From positions 8,494,001-8,558,000 of the forward strand of contig CM059452.1 of NCBI GenBank assembly GCA_030390025.1: 64,000 nucleotides of DNA, read 5' to 3'. Shown piece by piece: positions 27,281 through 40,384 of this stretch; within the stretch, counting starts at the first letter, position 1, and each line of letters starts with the position of its first letter. A model generated the notes under the pieces. That model was not told the DNA's origin and made no database searches. It was given only the letters and a program-made list of their open reading frames with translations. Source of the DNA: Squalus acanthias. Its lineage: Eukaryota. The translations under genes were made by a program, and so were the position numbers.

Positions 27281-29609
27281 GGATTGAAATAAATTCTCTC
27301 CTTCAGCTTAATTCTAAGGATACATGTTCTCTTAAAATTGGACTGAGCAGTTTTCGGAATATGATCAATATTGATAGCAATATTATGACTTGTTCTGACA
27401 GTGCTGACAGTGACTTGTGTGCACAGCAACATCGGCCTCTGCACGATTCATGTTTCAATAAGATCACTGTCGGCACCTGTTGATGAACACCATCTACTAC
27501 AGGCCCCTGAGTTTATTAAACATGATTCATAATCCCGAATTTACAGAGTTACGTTCACCCAGAGAAGTTTCTCATTCTTACTGATACCAGATTATTTATT
27601 TTCAACTTTTTAAAATCTGAATTGAAATGCCATGGTGGGATGTTAATTGATTAATTATTAGCCCAGGCCTCGGGATTGCTAATCCAGTAACATTACCAAT
27701 ACATTACTGCATCCTTTTATATTCTCTGCCTCGGCCATTCAATGTGGCAAAGTATTCCAATGCTCCAACAACTCCCTATACAGAAATCTCCTGACCTCTC
27801 TCTTCCTTATTGACAATTTTAATTTGGCGAAGTTTTGCTTACAGACTCCTCAATCAGAGGAATCAGACTTTCCTTCTTCCCACCAGTAAAACTCTTTTAC
27901 AATTAAGAAAAACTCGATTCGATCACTTAGCCTTTGAAAAATATGATGAAGGCCGACAGTATTGAGAAATATCATTTGTTTAGTAATATGATTTCCTGGG
28001 AAATAACAATGGGTCCGGAAATCTCTCTCCTTCCATCTGTCATTATTTCTGTTAGTTGGCGCAGAGACAGTTTGTTACTCCTGATTGTGGGGTATTGAGA
28101 TGGAATGGGAACTATACACAAACCACATTATTAATCCCTGGATTATGGGAGAGCGCCTCTTGTACAAGGGGGAGGGGGTCAATCAGGAATCAGTCACCTC
28201 GGAGCCATTCGCCGAAAATCACATTACCAAAAATAACAATTCATTTTAAAGCACTTTGGGACATTAAGAAAGGGTTTGAAGCTATACATTTGGACCAGAA
28301 AATTACATGGATCAGTAATTTCTAAATATGGCCATAATAGCACCTTATTCCAGTCTATATATCCCTACACCAGTTCTCCAAGAACCTAAACAAGTCGCAA
28401 AAAAAATACAACCTTCTGAGAAATAAGAGTCTGCTTTAACCTCATGTCATAGAACATTGAGCCTCTCATCTTGTCCAAAATTATCATTCAAATCATCAAA
28501 TTCAACAACTTCACTGACCCAGCTCTGTCTGCATGAAGTACCATGTCCACTCTAACCATATATCTACATTACAGTGGCCCCATCAACCTGAGCACATCTC
28601 AGTGATGTACTGACCTTCCCCGCCCAACTGGTGAACAATTCATTCAGTGTGTGAATGGACTGAATGGAAAGGCTCTGGGGAGTGCGGTTAAAGGACTTAA
28701 GGGCATTGAAATTTGCAAGCACAATGTCCAAAACCCACGGGACATATTTCACTGCGGCAATGACTTACAATGACTATATGGTGGTAAAGAAAGTCAGAGT
28801 TGATGCTCCTTTTATCCGTGTGTTCAGAATGGTGTGACTGCACCAGTCTCACAAAGGAGCAAGGATTTAGGTAGCGAAGGGGAAAAATTAAGTACACATT
28901 GATCTGCTATATTTCCGCATTGATTGAAGTAATTCGGGTGAGGATATATTGAGTGCTTTGTTGTACATGAAAGGACCACATGCTCCAAATATTACACTTG
29001 TCTCTTCTCAACCCAGACATGTGCTCGCTTTATATCTTTGAGATGGAGATTCCCCTTCACCACAGAAGGACCATCGGTACCGTGTGGATACCTTCAGGCT
29101 TCTCTTCGTGATGTTCAGCTCGGTAGAAATGGACACTGTATGGAGTGAAATGATACAGAAAATAAGGAAGGACTGGAGGCGCCAATACTGACACAAATGT
29201 AAAGGGGTTGCCTCGTGTTAGGAAGTAGAGACTCACAAAGATGAGAATGTAGATATATACTTGAGCTACAGGGGAGTCAAGGGTTATGGGGAGCTAGCGG
29301 GAAAGTGGCGTTGAGGCCAAGATCAGATCTGCCATGATCTTATTGAATAGCGGGGCAGGCTCGAAGGGCCGAATGGCCTACTCCTGCGCCTATTTCTTAT
29401 GTTCTTATGTTCTAACAGCAACTTTCAGGCCCATCCATCCATCCATTCATCTATCCATTAATCCGTTCATCGATCCATTACTAAAAATTCAGACATCTAA
29501 CAATCCATATATTCCTGCATCGCTACATCCATCTATTCATCCATGCAAACACGCATACTTATTTATTTCAGAATGTATCCTCTCTCTGAGGTCCTCTGTG
29601 TCTGTCTGA

Positions 29610-29771
29610 NNNNNNNNNNNNNNNNNNNNNNNNNNNNNNNNNNNNNNNNNNNNNNNNNNNNNNNNNNNNNNNNNNNNNNNNNNNNNNNNNNNNNNNNNNN
29701 NNNNNNNNNNNNNNNNNNNNNNNNNNNNNNNNNNNNNNNNNNNNNNNNNNNNNNNNNNNNNNNNNNNNNNN
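29610..29771. other. Assembly gap
   Basis: N run, 1.7 kb upstream of the VH leader. Confidence 1.
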
Positions 29772-31285
29772 GCTGGACTGACCCTCCAGCTGACTGCTGC
29801 TGCTGACAGGATGTCTCAGACGTTGGATATATTTCCTATCCTGAGAGATGGGAACCTTTACATACAGTTACAAAACTAAATAATTAAAATTGACCCCAGT
29901 ACTGTTGCTGGGCAGATTTGTTTATCAATAGGCCTCACTCACAATGTTAAGGGTTTGAAGTTGGCTTTCAGCCAAGCGGTCAGTAGTGAGGAAACAGATC
30001 TTTGATTCACTGCACAGAACCCCAGATGCTTCCTGTAAATGACATTGGGTGTTCGAGCCTCCCTGACGGCAGTCGGCTGGGCTGCTGCCAAATACTGTGT
30101 GGGGCAGATTAGCGTGAATATGAATTGGGAAACAAGATGGGATTTAACTATTTGAACATTAAATTATTCAGCAGCGCTGTTACAAGAAAGAAACATTTTA
30201 CATGGTATAACATCTAAAGAATGATTTTCGGTAAATTCCTTGCTCACAATATTATAAAATAGGATCAGAAAAAAGTAAATTGATCCATATGCTAATTAAT
30301 TAAAAATTCCTAATAAAGATAATTCTGATAATTCAGTCGGTTTATTCAGCACTGCACGAAGTGCTGGAGAGAGATTTTAATGACTCCACACCCACACTGT
30401 AATGAGATCAGTGGGAATCGCAAAGTAAATAAAACAACAGGTGGAATTGCCTCGAACCCGCTGCACTTCCTTGAATATTCTCCGAGTTGTGAGCCTGATT
30501 GAAACTAAGGGCTCCCTTATTACTGATTAGCAGCCGCGCACTGTGCAGTTTAATTTGTGCTGATTTGAATTCCTAAACAAGCCCTCTCAGAGCCCGGCTA
30601 CCAATGGGCAGAGAAATGCCCAGTTTGTGATCTGTTTCAGCGGGAGATGAAGCATTTATTCTTGTGATATTCTGTAACATACCGCTATGTCCTGATATAC
30701 TGTGTTCCTGATACCAGTGTATGTTACACAGTCGGGCGCTATTAAAGTTTGCTGCAAGGATTTGGATGCCGGGGTTTGCTGATCGCATTATCAGTTCTGA
30801 TTCACCAGCTTCTCTTTACCAAAAGCTGATCTGAAGCGGGCGGGCCCCAAATTCTTATGTGTCTCCGTCAACTCACTCCTTAATTATCAGGCAAGCGGAC
30901 TTATTTAACAGCAAATTTTATAAAGGACTGTCTTAGGGTCACAGACTCAGGGGCAGTTAGAGAAATGCAATCAGAGACACTTGTTTAATGTGAGTGGTTT
31001 CTACTCATCTCCGGACCCAAATCCACATTGTAAATAGAATCACATCACCCACCTCCCGCATTCAGGTACATAGACCTAAAGCAATTCATAATATAGGGGA
31101 TACTTTATTGGTACAGAGTGAAGGGATAGATAGCGGGAGATGGAGTAACACATACTGGCAGTCTCTTTAGACCCTGATAATGTAATTTAATCTCAGAGAT
31201 TCACATCCGCTGTGAAGGAGTGAGGAAATAAAGGGATTTGATTGACAGTCCAGATGTGAGTCCATTCTGTTGGTGATGTGGAGGG

Positions 31286-31369
31286 TGTGACGTGGATCCA
31301 GTAGCCGCCTCTATCAGGGAATCAATAGGCGGCGCCTGTAACCTCGCCTCCTTCTACCGGGTATTTAAC
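31286..31369 (+). promoter_or_regulatory. VH promoter region: CRE half-site and TATA-like box, no octamer seen
   Basis: TGACGT 31288-31293; GTATTTAAC 31361-31369. Confidence 0.45.
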
Positions 31370-31460
31370 GGCCGGTCACTGGGACCGCAATACAACAGTC
31401 CGGGAGCGGGTTTGCTCAGTGAGTTCTTGTCAGAACCATTTCCCACACATTGCCAGGAGG

Positions 31461-31956
31461 ATGAGGTCGGCGATTTCTCTCAGTCTGTTGCTGGCTTTCT
31501 TATCCGGTGAGTAGTTTTTATTGTCCAAGTCTCTCACTGTTACTGTCTCAGTGTTAGTCTCTCTCTGGAATGTTACAGAGTCAGGAATCATTTCACCAGG
31601 ATTAATCCTCGGGGTTTTTGATTGTTTTTACAGGTGTCCAGTCGGATGTCGTGTTGACTCAGCCAGAGGCAGAGACCAGGAGTCCCGGAGGCTCCCTGAG
31701 ACTGACCTGTAAAACCAGCGGGTTCACTCTTGGCAGCACCTGCATGCACTGGGTCCGGCAGGTTCCCGGACAGGGGCTGGAGTGGCTGGTTAGCTACTAC
31801 AGTTCATCGAGCAAGTAACTACGCCCCAGGGATCCAGAGTCGATTTACTGCGTCCAAAGACACTTCAAACAGCATCTTCGCTTTGGACATGAAGAACCTG
31901 AGGACCGAAGACACCGCCATCTATTACTGTGCAGCAGCCGCTACAGGGGTGGATGG
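31461..31956 (+). pseudogene. IGHV: IgM VH germline-joined to D sequence (VDD-type), frameshifted: leader 31461-31506, V-D exon 31634-31956
   Basis: Leader MRSAISLSLLLAFLS(G); [48 protein letters not shown]; one extra base at AGC-AAGT-AAC (~31812-31816) gives TAA; frame resumes [15 protein letters not shown]...[16 protein letters not shown] with no RSS after YYCA. Confidence 0.93.
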
Positions 31957-31984
31957 CACAGCAGTTACTGTCAATACAAAAACC
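31957..31984 (+). other. 12-bp-spacer RSS at the 3' end of the joined VH-D
   Basis: CACAGCA-gttactgtcaat(12)-ACAAAAACC. Confidence 0.95.
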
Positions 31985-32308
31985 CTCAGCACTAATTGAG
32001 TGAGTCTGGGTCAGTGCCGCTTTCACAATCCAACTGTAGATGCAGTGAAGTCCTATTTGTGTCCAGCACTGTCCACTAGCACAGCTTAATATGGATAAAC
32101 TGTGATAATTAATCATTGATCAGTTGGTGCTTTCAATAACTGTTCATGGGTTACTCTGTGAAATATAAAACATCAGGGAATTTATAAAGAGTGAAAAGTA
32201 TCCATTGACACATTTATCATTTTATGAAGATCCATCGTGACTTTACTTTGCCTCTGGGATGTGAATATTTAAACTAATGTTGGATTTCTGTCTGTTTTAC
32301 ACAGAGCC

Positions 32309-32395
32309 GGTTATTGTGTGACCCAGCCCGGGGAATGTAACACTGTGACGTCATGGACTACTGGGGCCAAGGCACCATGGTGACGGTGACTGCAG
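32309..32395 (+). CDS. IGHJ: JH segment (32348-32395) with 5' 23-RSS (32309-32347)
   Basis: GGTTATTGT-23bp-CACTGTG, then VMDYWGQGTMVTVTA and GTAAG donor. Confidence 0.96.
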
Positions 32396-32439
32396 GTAAG
32401 AAACATTCACTCTTTCAGTAACTGTTGTATTTGTGTCTT

Positions 32440-33710
32440 TATTTTATATTTCTGTTTATTTCAATAATTCATTCATTCACTGAAACTTGGGTTCGGTGGA
32501 TTCTGTATTGAGATTTTTTGCAATGTTTCATTTGATTCTGCTGCAAAGGGATAATAGAATTAAACAGTTTCTTCAGAAAAAATGTTTTTGAGGGATTGAG
32601 TCCCTGATTGATGTGATTTGGTGTTTATCTGCTGATGAGACTGTGCGCCTGGGTTACTTTAAATACCTAACGGCTGTTGAACTGTTTGGCGTTTCTACAA
32701 TGTTTAATCTCGGTGACATCTAATGGTTGCAGGTTTTCTGATCAAATGTAAACATTATGTGATTAAATGTGTTTGAAATAAGATTGTAGGCAGAAAACAG
32801 AAAGCTTTAGCGGTCAAAAATAATCTTAAGATATTTTAATGTATTTTTATTTGTGATATGTACATTGTCATCTATTAATCTAATGTTCACCAACGGTCAT
32901 ATTCAATACGTGAAATGTTACTGTAATTAAAAACTGCATAATTCATTTTTTTTTAGCCTGAATCAGATTTAAAGTAAAATAAATTAAATTATTATAATGT
33001 AGTAATATCACCCAATATTACAACAAGCTATATCAATATTAATTTGTTAAACATGATCCGTCTACTCACAATTCTGCTGTTATTATTTTATATTTATGTT
33101 TATTTCAATAATTAATTCGTTCAGTGATGGATGGGTTCGCTGGATTCTGTATTGAGATTTTTTTGCAATGTTACATTTGATTCTGCTGAAAGGGTTTATA
33201 GAATGAAGCTGCTTCTCCACAAAACGTTCTGTTGCGGGATTCAGCCCCTCAGTGATGTGATTTGCTGTTTATCTGCTGAGGAGAGTGTGTGCCTGGGTTA
33301 CTTTGAATAACTAAAGTTTGTGAAACTGTTTGGCGTTTCTGCAATGTTTAATCTCGGTGACATCGAACTGCTGCAGGTTTTCAGATCTGTTTAAAACTGT
33401 TTGAAAGATGATTGTAGGCGGACAACAAGTAGGTTTTATAAATCAAAAATCATTTAAAAATAATTTAATGCATTTTTTTATTTAAGTGAGAGTTACAGAT
33501 TCAACTGTTAATCTATGGTTTACGGTGCTCACATTTAATAGGTGAAATGTTACTAATTACGAATTATATAATTAACAATTTGCAGGTTGAAGGAGAGTTA
33601 AATTAATATAACTCAAACGATTATAAAGTGGTAATATCGCCCAATATCACTCAGTATGCTGTAGTATTAATATTAATGTATTAAACATTATTCACCTTCC
33701 ACAATTCTGC
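32440..33710. repeat. Diverged ~650-bp tandem duplication immediately 3' of JH
   Basis: 32440-33080 and 33085-33710 share gggttcg..tggattctgtattgagattttttgcaatg and later blocks; a further partial copy at ~34860-35560. Confidence 0.8.
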
Positions 33711-35899
33711 TGTGCACTGGTCACAATTAACGTGAGCGGAGAATTTTAGAGGCTGGAGACAATTTCTGATTATGTCTGAAATTATTTTAATAACAGCAGA
33801 CTGATTCCACCGCAGTGTTCAGTTTAATGAGGGTTTGAAATTAATTGTTATCTCCCTGTTTCACACAGATGAATGACAGATTGTATTTAATTATGCATTA
33901 AATGCGAGTTGTAAATTGCAGTTTGTAAATGTAATAAATCTGCCGGGTTATTAAATTCTTACTGTGCAGCGGAAACCATGTTATTCCTTCAATATTATTT
34001 GTTGTTTGATAGCGAGACAATTATCACTAAACTAATCTTAAACAGTTTGTAAGATCATAGGCTGAGCGGTCGCTGGCAGTCAAAGAATTGTTCATATGAT
34101 TCTATTTAAATTCACGGAAGGTGCAGACTGCGTAAGGCTGGAGACAGACAAATAACCCATTGACATTCAAGCAGATTAATTTAATTACAAAAGATTAATA
34201 TTAGTTTTGAATTTAATAACAACATCCTGTCTCCCATAGCTGTGCTGTATACGGATAGAATTATAGACAGGGAACAGATTACATCTGAGATTTATGTTTA
34301 ATTCTCATTAATGTTAAATTGATCAACAAAATCTCTCCTCCATTTGCTCATTAAATTTCAGTGTCGCAGATGGTCTGATTGATTTGTTCTCCGCCAGTTT
34401 TACACTGATCATTCTGGAACTGATTTTCAATAAATAGCAGAATATATTTAATAATTAATTTACCGGCATTGTGTGAATTACTGGAGTAAAATATAAAAAG
34501 ATTGTCTGTGTTATTAAACAGCGGAGGCTCTGTTACTGACTGCAAACTGGCCGGTTGTCTTTTAATTCACGAAAATAGTATTTGTAGTTAAGATTGAGGA
34601 CAATGTTTAAACTCGAGAGCCCTGCTTTAGTAAACACACGGTGTTACAGTCCATCGGTAGTTAGTGAGATGTGACCACGGCCAGACTTTGAACTATTTAA
34701 AATAGTTCACTCCTAAATCCATCATGTGAAATCCACTCTGAGAAATGATGGAGTTTATGTTGTATCAGAGAGTTCAGAAACATGCAGAGTTTACAAGTGT
34801 GTAGATAGAGAGCGGGAATGTATTAGAAGTTAGTGACCATTTTAACTTATTCAAATGTGATTTGATTTAAGTAAAAATAATATATTTGTCTGAATGTCTT
34901 TATCTATTAATATGATTCTTAATATTTTAATATTGATAAGTGTCATGTTAATTTAATTGAAACCCTATAGTTCACAAGTTACCAGGCAGAAACAGGATTA
35001 AAATTAATATCAACTAATTTTATTATAATGCAGCTAACATCAATATTAACTTAGAATATAATATGAGTGCGAATTTATTAAACATAAATGACCTCCCACA
35101 ATTGCGTTGTATACTGGACAGGATTACAGTTACTGCAAAATCTCAAGGGTTGGAGAGAATTTTAAATTATGTCTAAAATTAATTTAGAAACAATACATGT
35201 CTTACTCAGCTGTGCTCAGCTCGAGAAGGTGTCGCCGCAGATTTTAATGAATTAACTTCGTGTTTTGCCTCGATGATTTTACCGGTTATATTTAATTATG
35301 AAATTATATTAACCCAGTGGTTCCTAGTTCGTTAAATTCTTGCTCTGTCACGGAGTCCCTGTTATATGCAGCAAATTACCCTGGAATGTGAATTATTTCA
35401 GTAAACTGGTTTTCAGGGAAGCTAAATCTTACTCGGTTTGTAAGATTGTAGACAGGGAGGGAGAAATGGTTGGAAGTCGAAGAGAGTTTTTCAAATTAAG
35501 ATCAGTTTAATTTCAGAAAACGTGCAGACTTGAGGTGGTCGGAAATTGACAAGAGATCAATTAGAAATCAGCTTCATTGAAATTGACAGATTGAAGAGAT
35601 CTATCTGCTGAGAGCACGATTGTTGCACCGTTTGTGTCTGTTCTGTTTCTGTGCGCCTGCTCACTGTGTGAGAATCAGGAGTCCTCCTGACTGGTTGCAA
35701 ACCTGCTGGTTTGTTCTCTTGTGTTTCATGGAGAACAATTCGACTCAGTTATTTCAGAAGTTTGTATCTGTGAGAAATGCGATAGTTTGACTTGAAGTTT
35801 CAGGAGGCGCCTCCGAACTGGGATCAGTAACCCAGTTTGTGATAATCAGAAGGAGCATTTCAGAAACACCTCTGGCAGACTGTAGAAGGAGCTTTAATC

Positions 35900-36350
35900 A
35901 GTTTCTAACCCGGGCCGTACCTGCCCCCAATGTGTTTGATTTTGTAATGTAGAGGGAGCGTAATACTGTATCTAACCCGTGCTGTACCTGCCCCGTGTTT
36001 CTTTGATGGAACGGTATAGAGGAAGATTTACTCTGTATCTAACTCGTGCTGTAACTGCCCCGTGACTATTTAATGGGACAGTGTAGAAGGAGCTTTACTC
36101 TGTATCTAACCCGTGCTGTACCTGCCACGGGAGTGTTTGATGGGACAGTGTAGAGGGAGCTTTACTCTGTATCTAACCCGTGCTGTACCTGCCCTGGGAG
36201 TGATTGATGGGACAATGTAGAGGGAGCTTACTCTGTATTTAAGCAGTGCGGTGTCATACCCGGAGCGTTTGTCAGTGCAGTGTAGACTTGGCTTTGCTCG
36301 GAATCAATCCCTTGCTATACCTGACAGTGCAGAGGGAGCTTTACTCTATA
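35900..36350 (+). repeat. 67-bp satellite-like repeat; inverted array at 49675-49845
   Basis: Unit AGCTTTACTCTGTATCTAACCCGTGCTGTACCTGCCCTGGGAGTGTTTGATGGGACAGTGTAGAGGG. Confidence 0.9.
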
Positions 36351-37109
36351 TTATCTGTACTGTAACAGAGCTGAGAGTGCTTTGTCCCGTGTTGCTCAAG
36401 GAACCTTAATCTGCATCCAACTAATAAAGTGTGAGTTCTCGAGCCAGATATATAAAAATAAAACTTTCCATTGCTCCGATGAAACAACCGCGCATTAATT
36501 GAGTTTAACCTCATTGCAAATAAAACTGCCCATTTTTTAATGAATTGATAAACTTTAAACATTTTGAGTATCAGATAATGATTGAATGAGATTGGCCTGA
36601 TCCTGAGCTCACTTTCAGAACAAACAGTTTCAGGAAGTGACTGTAACGCTCCAGAAAGCAGCGCCTGTTCTGATCTGATGGGAGGCTGGAAGTTATTTTG
36701 ACAATTTAAATGGAGAATGTCGAGACTCCCGCTCCAAATAACCATCATGGGAACCTTATGTTTGAAAGCATTATTTCGTTCAATTGTTTTTAAAAAGGTA
36801 ACAGGCCGGGACAAACTCGGGTGAGGTGCAGCTATTGGACTGGGTCACAGCACAAGGCTCACAGTCACTGAGCCGCACCTCTGTGAAACATTTAAAGAGA
36901 AACAGTCAGCCTGCGATGAGTCGTCATTCACAATAAGCTTTAAGACTCTGTGACGGTATCCGATTGAATCATTTGAGTCAAATTCCTCAGTTCCTTTATT
37001 TTAAATATCCTCTTGCATTATAACAAACAATAAAATAGATCTGATAGAGGTGTTCAACATTATGAAGCGTTTCCTTCCATTAAATCGGGAAGAACTAATT
37101 CCGCTGAGC

Positions 37110-38260
37110 CGTGTAGAATCACAGAATCTCAGAGCACAGAAGGGGCCATTCGGCCCGTCTTGCCTGTGCTGGCTCTGAAAGAGCTGTCCAATCAAATCCC
37201 AGCTTTTCCTCGTAACCCTGCAAATGAGTCCTCTTCAAGAACATGTCCAGTTGCCTCGTGCATTCCAGAACTTAACAACCCTCTGTTTGAAAAAAATATC
37301 CTAATTTCCCCTCTAGTTCTTTTGCCAATTATTTTAAATCTGTGACCTTTGGTTACCGACCTACTCGCCAGAGGAAACCGTTTCTCCCGACTTGCTCTGA
37401 CAAAACCTCTCTCAATTTTGTACAGCTCTATTAAGTCTCCCCTTAATCTTCTCTACTCCAAGGAACAATCCCAGTTTTTCCAATCTCTCCGCATAACTGA
37501 AGTCTCTCATCCCTGGCATCATCCTGGTCAACCTCCTCTGTACCCTCTCCAAGGCCTTGTCATTCTTCCTAAATTGTGGTGTCAGAATTGTATACACTAC
37601 TCCATCTGATGCCTAACCAGTGATTTGTAAATGTTTAGCAGGACTTCCTTGTTTCAATGCTCCTTTTACAATGGCAAGTATCTCACACACGTCCGTAACT
37701 GCCTGATCAACTTGCCCTGCCACCTTCACAGATTTGTGAATATGCACCCCAGGTCCCTCTGCTCTTGCACCCCCTTAAAATAGTACCACTTAGATTAAAC
37801 TGTCTCTCCCTGTTTTTCCTCCCAAAGTCCATCACTTCTCACGTAACTGCAATATATTGCATCAGCAACATGTCTACCCATTTCACCAGTCTGTCTATGT
37901 CCTCCTGAAGTCCGCTGCTATCCTCCTCCCGAGTTACTACGTTGCCAAGTTTTGCATCATCTGCGAACTTGGAAACTATACTCCCTATAAACAGGTCCAG
38001 GTAATTGATATATAAAACATGAAAAGCAATGGTCCTAATACCGACCCAAGGGGGACCCCACTGCATACTTCTCTCCAGTCAGAAAAACATCCGTTCACCA
38101 CTACTCTCTGCCTCCTCTCCCTCAGCCAATTACATACCCAAGTTACCTCCATCCTTTAATGTGTTTCTATTTTCCGAATAAGTCTTTTATGAGATACTTT
38201 ATAAAATGCCATTTGAAAGTATGTATGTACAACATCTACTGCAACACCATCATCAACCCT
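37110..38260 (-). mobile_element. CR1 LINE fragment in the J-C intron
   Basis: SKFADDAKLG; KALERVQRRLTRM. Confidence 0.85.
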
Positions 38261-40056
38261 CTCTGTTACTTCACACTGTAGACCGAGCTTTCAGTATCTG
38301 ACCAATAAGCCGCAGGTGTTTGAGTTATCCGCACAAACCAGAAGCCAGAGTTTCCCACATCAGCAGTCAGCACATTAGTTATTGTTTGTCCTTCCTTACA
38401 TAGAACCCGCTGATAACCAATCGATTTATAATGTTTAAGGATTGCCAATATTAGATATTTAGAGAAGAAACCTGTCCCGATGTTTAGATTATTTTCGGTA
38501 CAAACAGCAACAAGAAGTGACTGTAACGACCCAGAAAGCAGCGCCTGTTCTCACTGGTGGGAGGTTGGAAAGTAATTTGGAAAATGAAATGGAGCATTTA
38601 AAGAGCATCGTTCCATATAACCGGCTTTGGGAATCGTATTTAATTCGGTTTATTTAATTGAGTGAGTGGGAGGAGGAAAGTCAGGAGACATCCATTCAGT
38701 AGAATGGGATAGAGCACAAGTCACACTGCATCGCTCTCCCTCCAATTCTGAGAAGGAAAGAGAGAGACTCGAATCAATCCCGATTCATCTAAAGCTTGAA
38801 TCTTAGAAACCAGGCTGTGCAAAAGTTCCCTATTCAAATCTGTGCGCTGAATTATTCCGCTCACATTTTAAAGGAGACTTCAACCATTTATTGTAAACGT
38901 CCTTTATTGTCATGGGAACAAAGAAGATTTAGATGAGGTCTGATAGAGGGGTTTGGAATTATGAAGGGTTTTATGAAGGGATTCGGGAAACATATTTCCC
39001 GGGTCGGTGAGTTGGTGAGTAAATGGCACTGATTGAAAATCAGCAGCAACAGAATGAAGGGAGAGGGTATTATTCTACTTTTCTACACAGGGGGCTGTTG
39101 AACATGGGATGTCCTATCAGAAAGAGGGCTGCATGCAGAATCCATAATAGCTCGATAAAATTGTACAGTTGAGAAGATTGGGAATTGGAAGGTGCACGGG
39201 ATTGGTGGAGAGATCTTTCAGAGGCGTGATTGGCCGAATAGCCTCCTTCTGTGCTGTAAAGTTGTATTATTTTATAATTCTGGTCATGCTTTATAAACAT
39301 GCTGGGATTTGTTTTAAAGGTAATACAACTAGTAGATCTAGCTGTAGGAGTTGTGTGATTAGGAGAACTAATCCCACCGCTATTCAAACAAGTCTATCCC
39401 CTGAAAACAACAACTTGCATTTATATAGCGCCTTTAACGTAGTAAAACGTCCCAAGACGATTCACAGGAGCGTCAGCAGATACAATCTGACACCGAGCCA
39501 CATAAGGAGATATCATTTTATTCTTTAGTATGGTTGGTAGTTACTCTGACAGTTGACCAAAAGCTTGGTCAAAGAGGTAGGTTTTAAGGCAGCATCTTAC
39601 AATGGAGAGATGACGACACTTTGATATCATGGAATGGCCTGATTCTGTGCTGATAATAAGAGGCTGACAGCAAAAGGATGTAGGGAGGAGCTCAGTGGAC
39701 AGAATGTGAAAGAATCTAATGTGAAAGTGGTTGGGGAATGAGGGAGTGTTCCATAACAGGGGATCAAGAGCTGGAGGAAGTCCACGATACAATATTCCGG
39801 CATTCACTCGGTATAAAGGGGCCTCATGGACAGAATGCCCCTTTCAGACTCCTGACTTTTCTTATGTACAAGACTGGAGTCACATGAAGGCATTTCACGT
39901 CGGGTCTCACAATTCACAGAAACTCAAATGCTGATCTAGGTTTTGATCGGCAAATGATGGAATTAGTTCATCCTGTAGTCACATTTCGAGTTGTTTGGTT
40001 ATGTTATAAGCACGGATTACAGAGTCTAACTTGTTCAATTGGCCATTCTTTCCCAG

Positions 40057-40356
40057 CGACACAGTCTCCTCCCACCCTCTACGCCCTGCTCTCCTCCTGT
40101 GAACAACCCAACACCGGCGGCCCCGTCACGTTCGGCTGTTTGGCGATGGACTACTTCCCGGAAATCACCAGCCTTTCCTGGAGTAAAGATAAAGAGCCGA
40201 TCACCACTGGATTGAAGACCTACCCGTCAGTGTTCAACAAGCAGGGAACCTACACCCTGAGCAGCCAGTTAACCATCACCGAGTCAGAGGTGGGGAGCAG
40301 CGCCATCTACTGCCAGGTTCGACGAAGTGGGTCGGACTGGAGCGTCAAAATGCCAG
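40057..40356 (+). CDS. IGHM: IgM constant exon CH1
   Basis: AG/GT-bounded 300-nt phase-1 exon [16 protein letters not shown]...[11 protein letters not shown]...SWSKD...YTLSSQL...IYCQV. Confidence 0.95.
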
Positions 40357-40384
40357 GTTAGTGTTGTGGGATACAGGGGGAAAC

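Noticed and set aside
29008-29140. Minus-strand acceptor with a short open frame near the gap
   Set aside because: No Ig motifs, RSS or donor identified.
32000-40050. Searched for free D segments and additional JH
   Set aside because: No further heptamer-spacer-nonamer pair or WGxG motif seen by eye.
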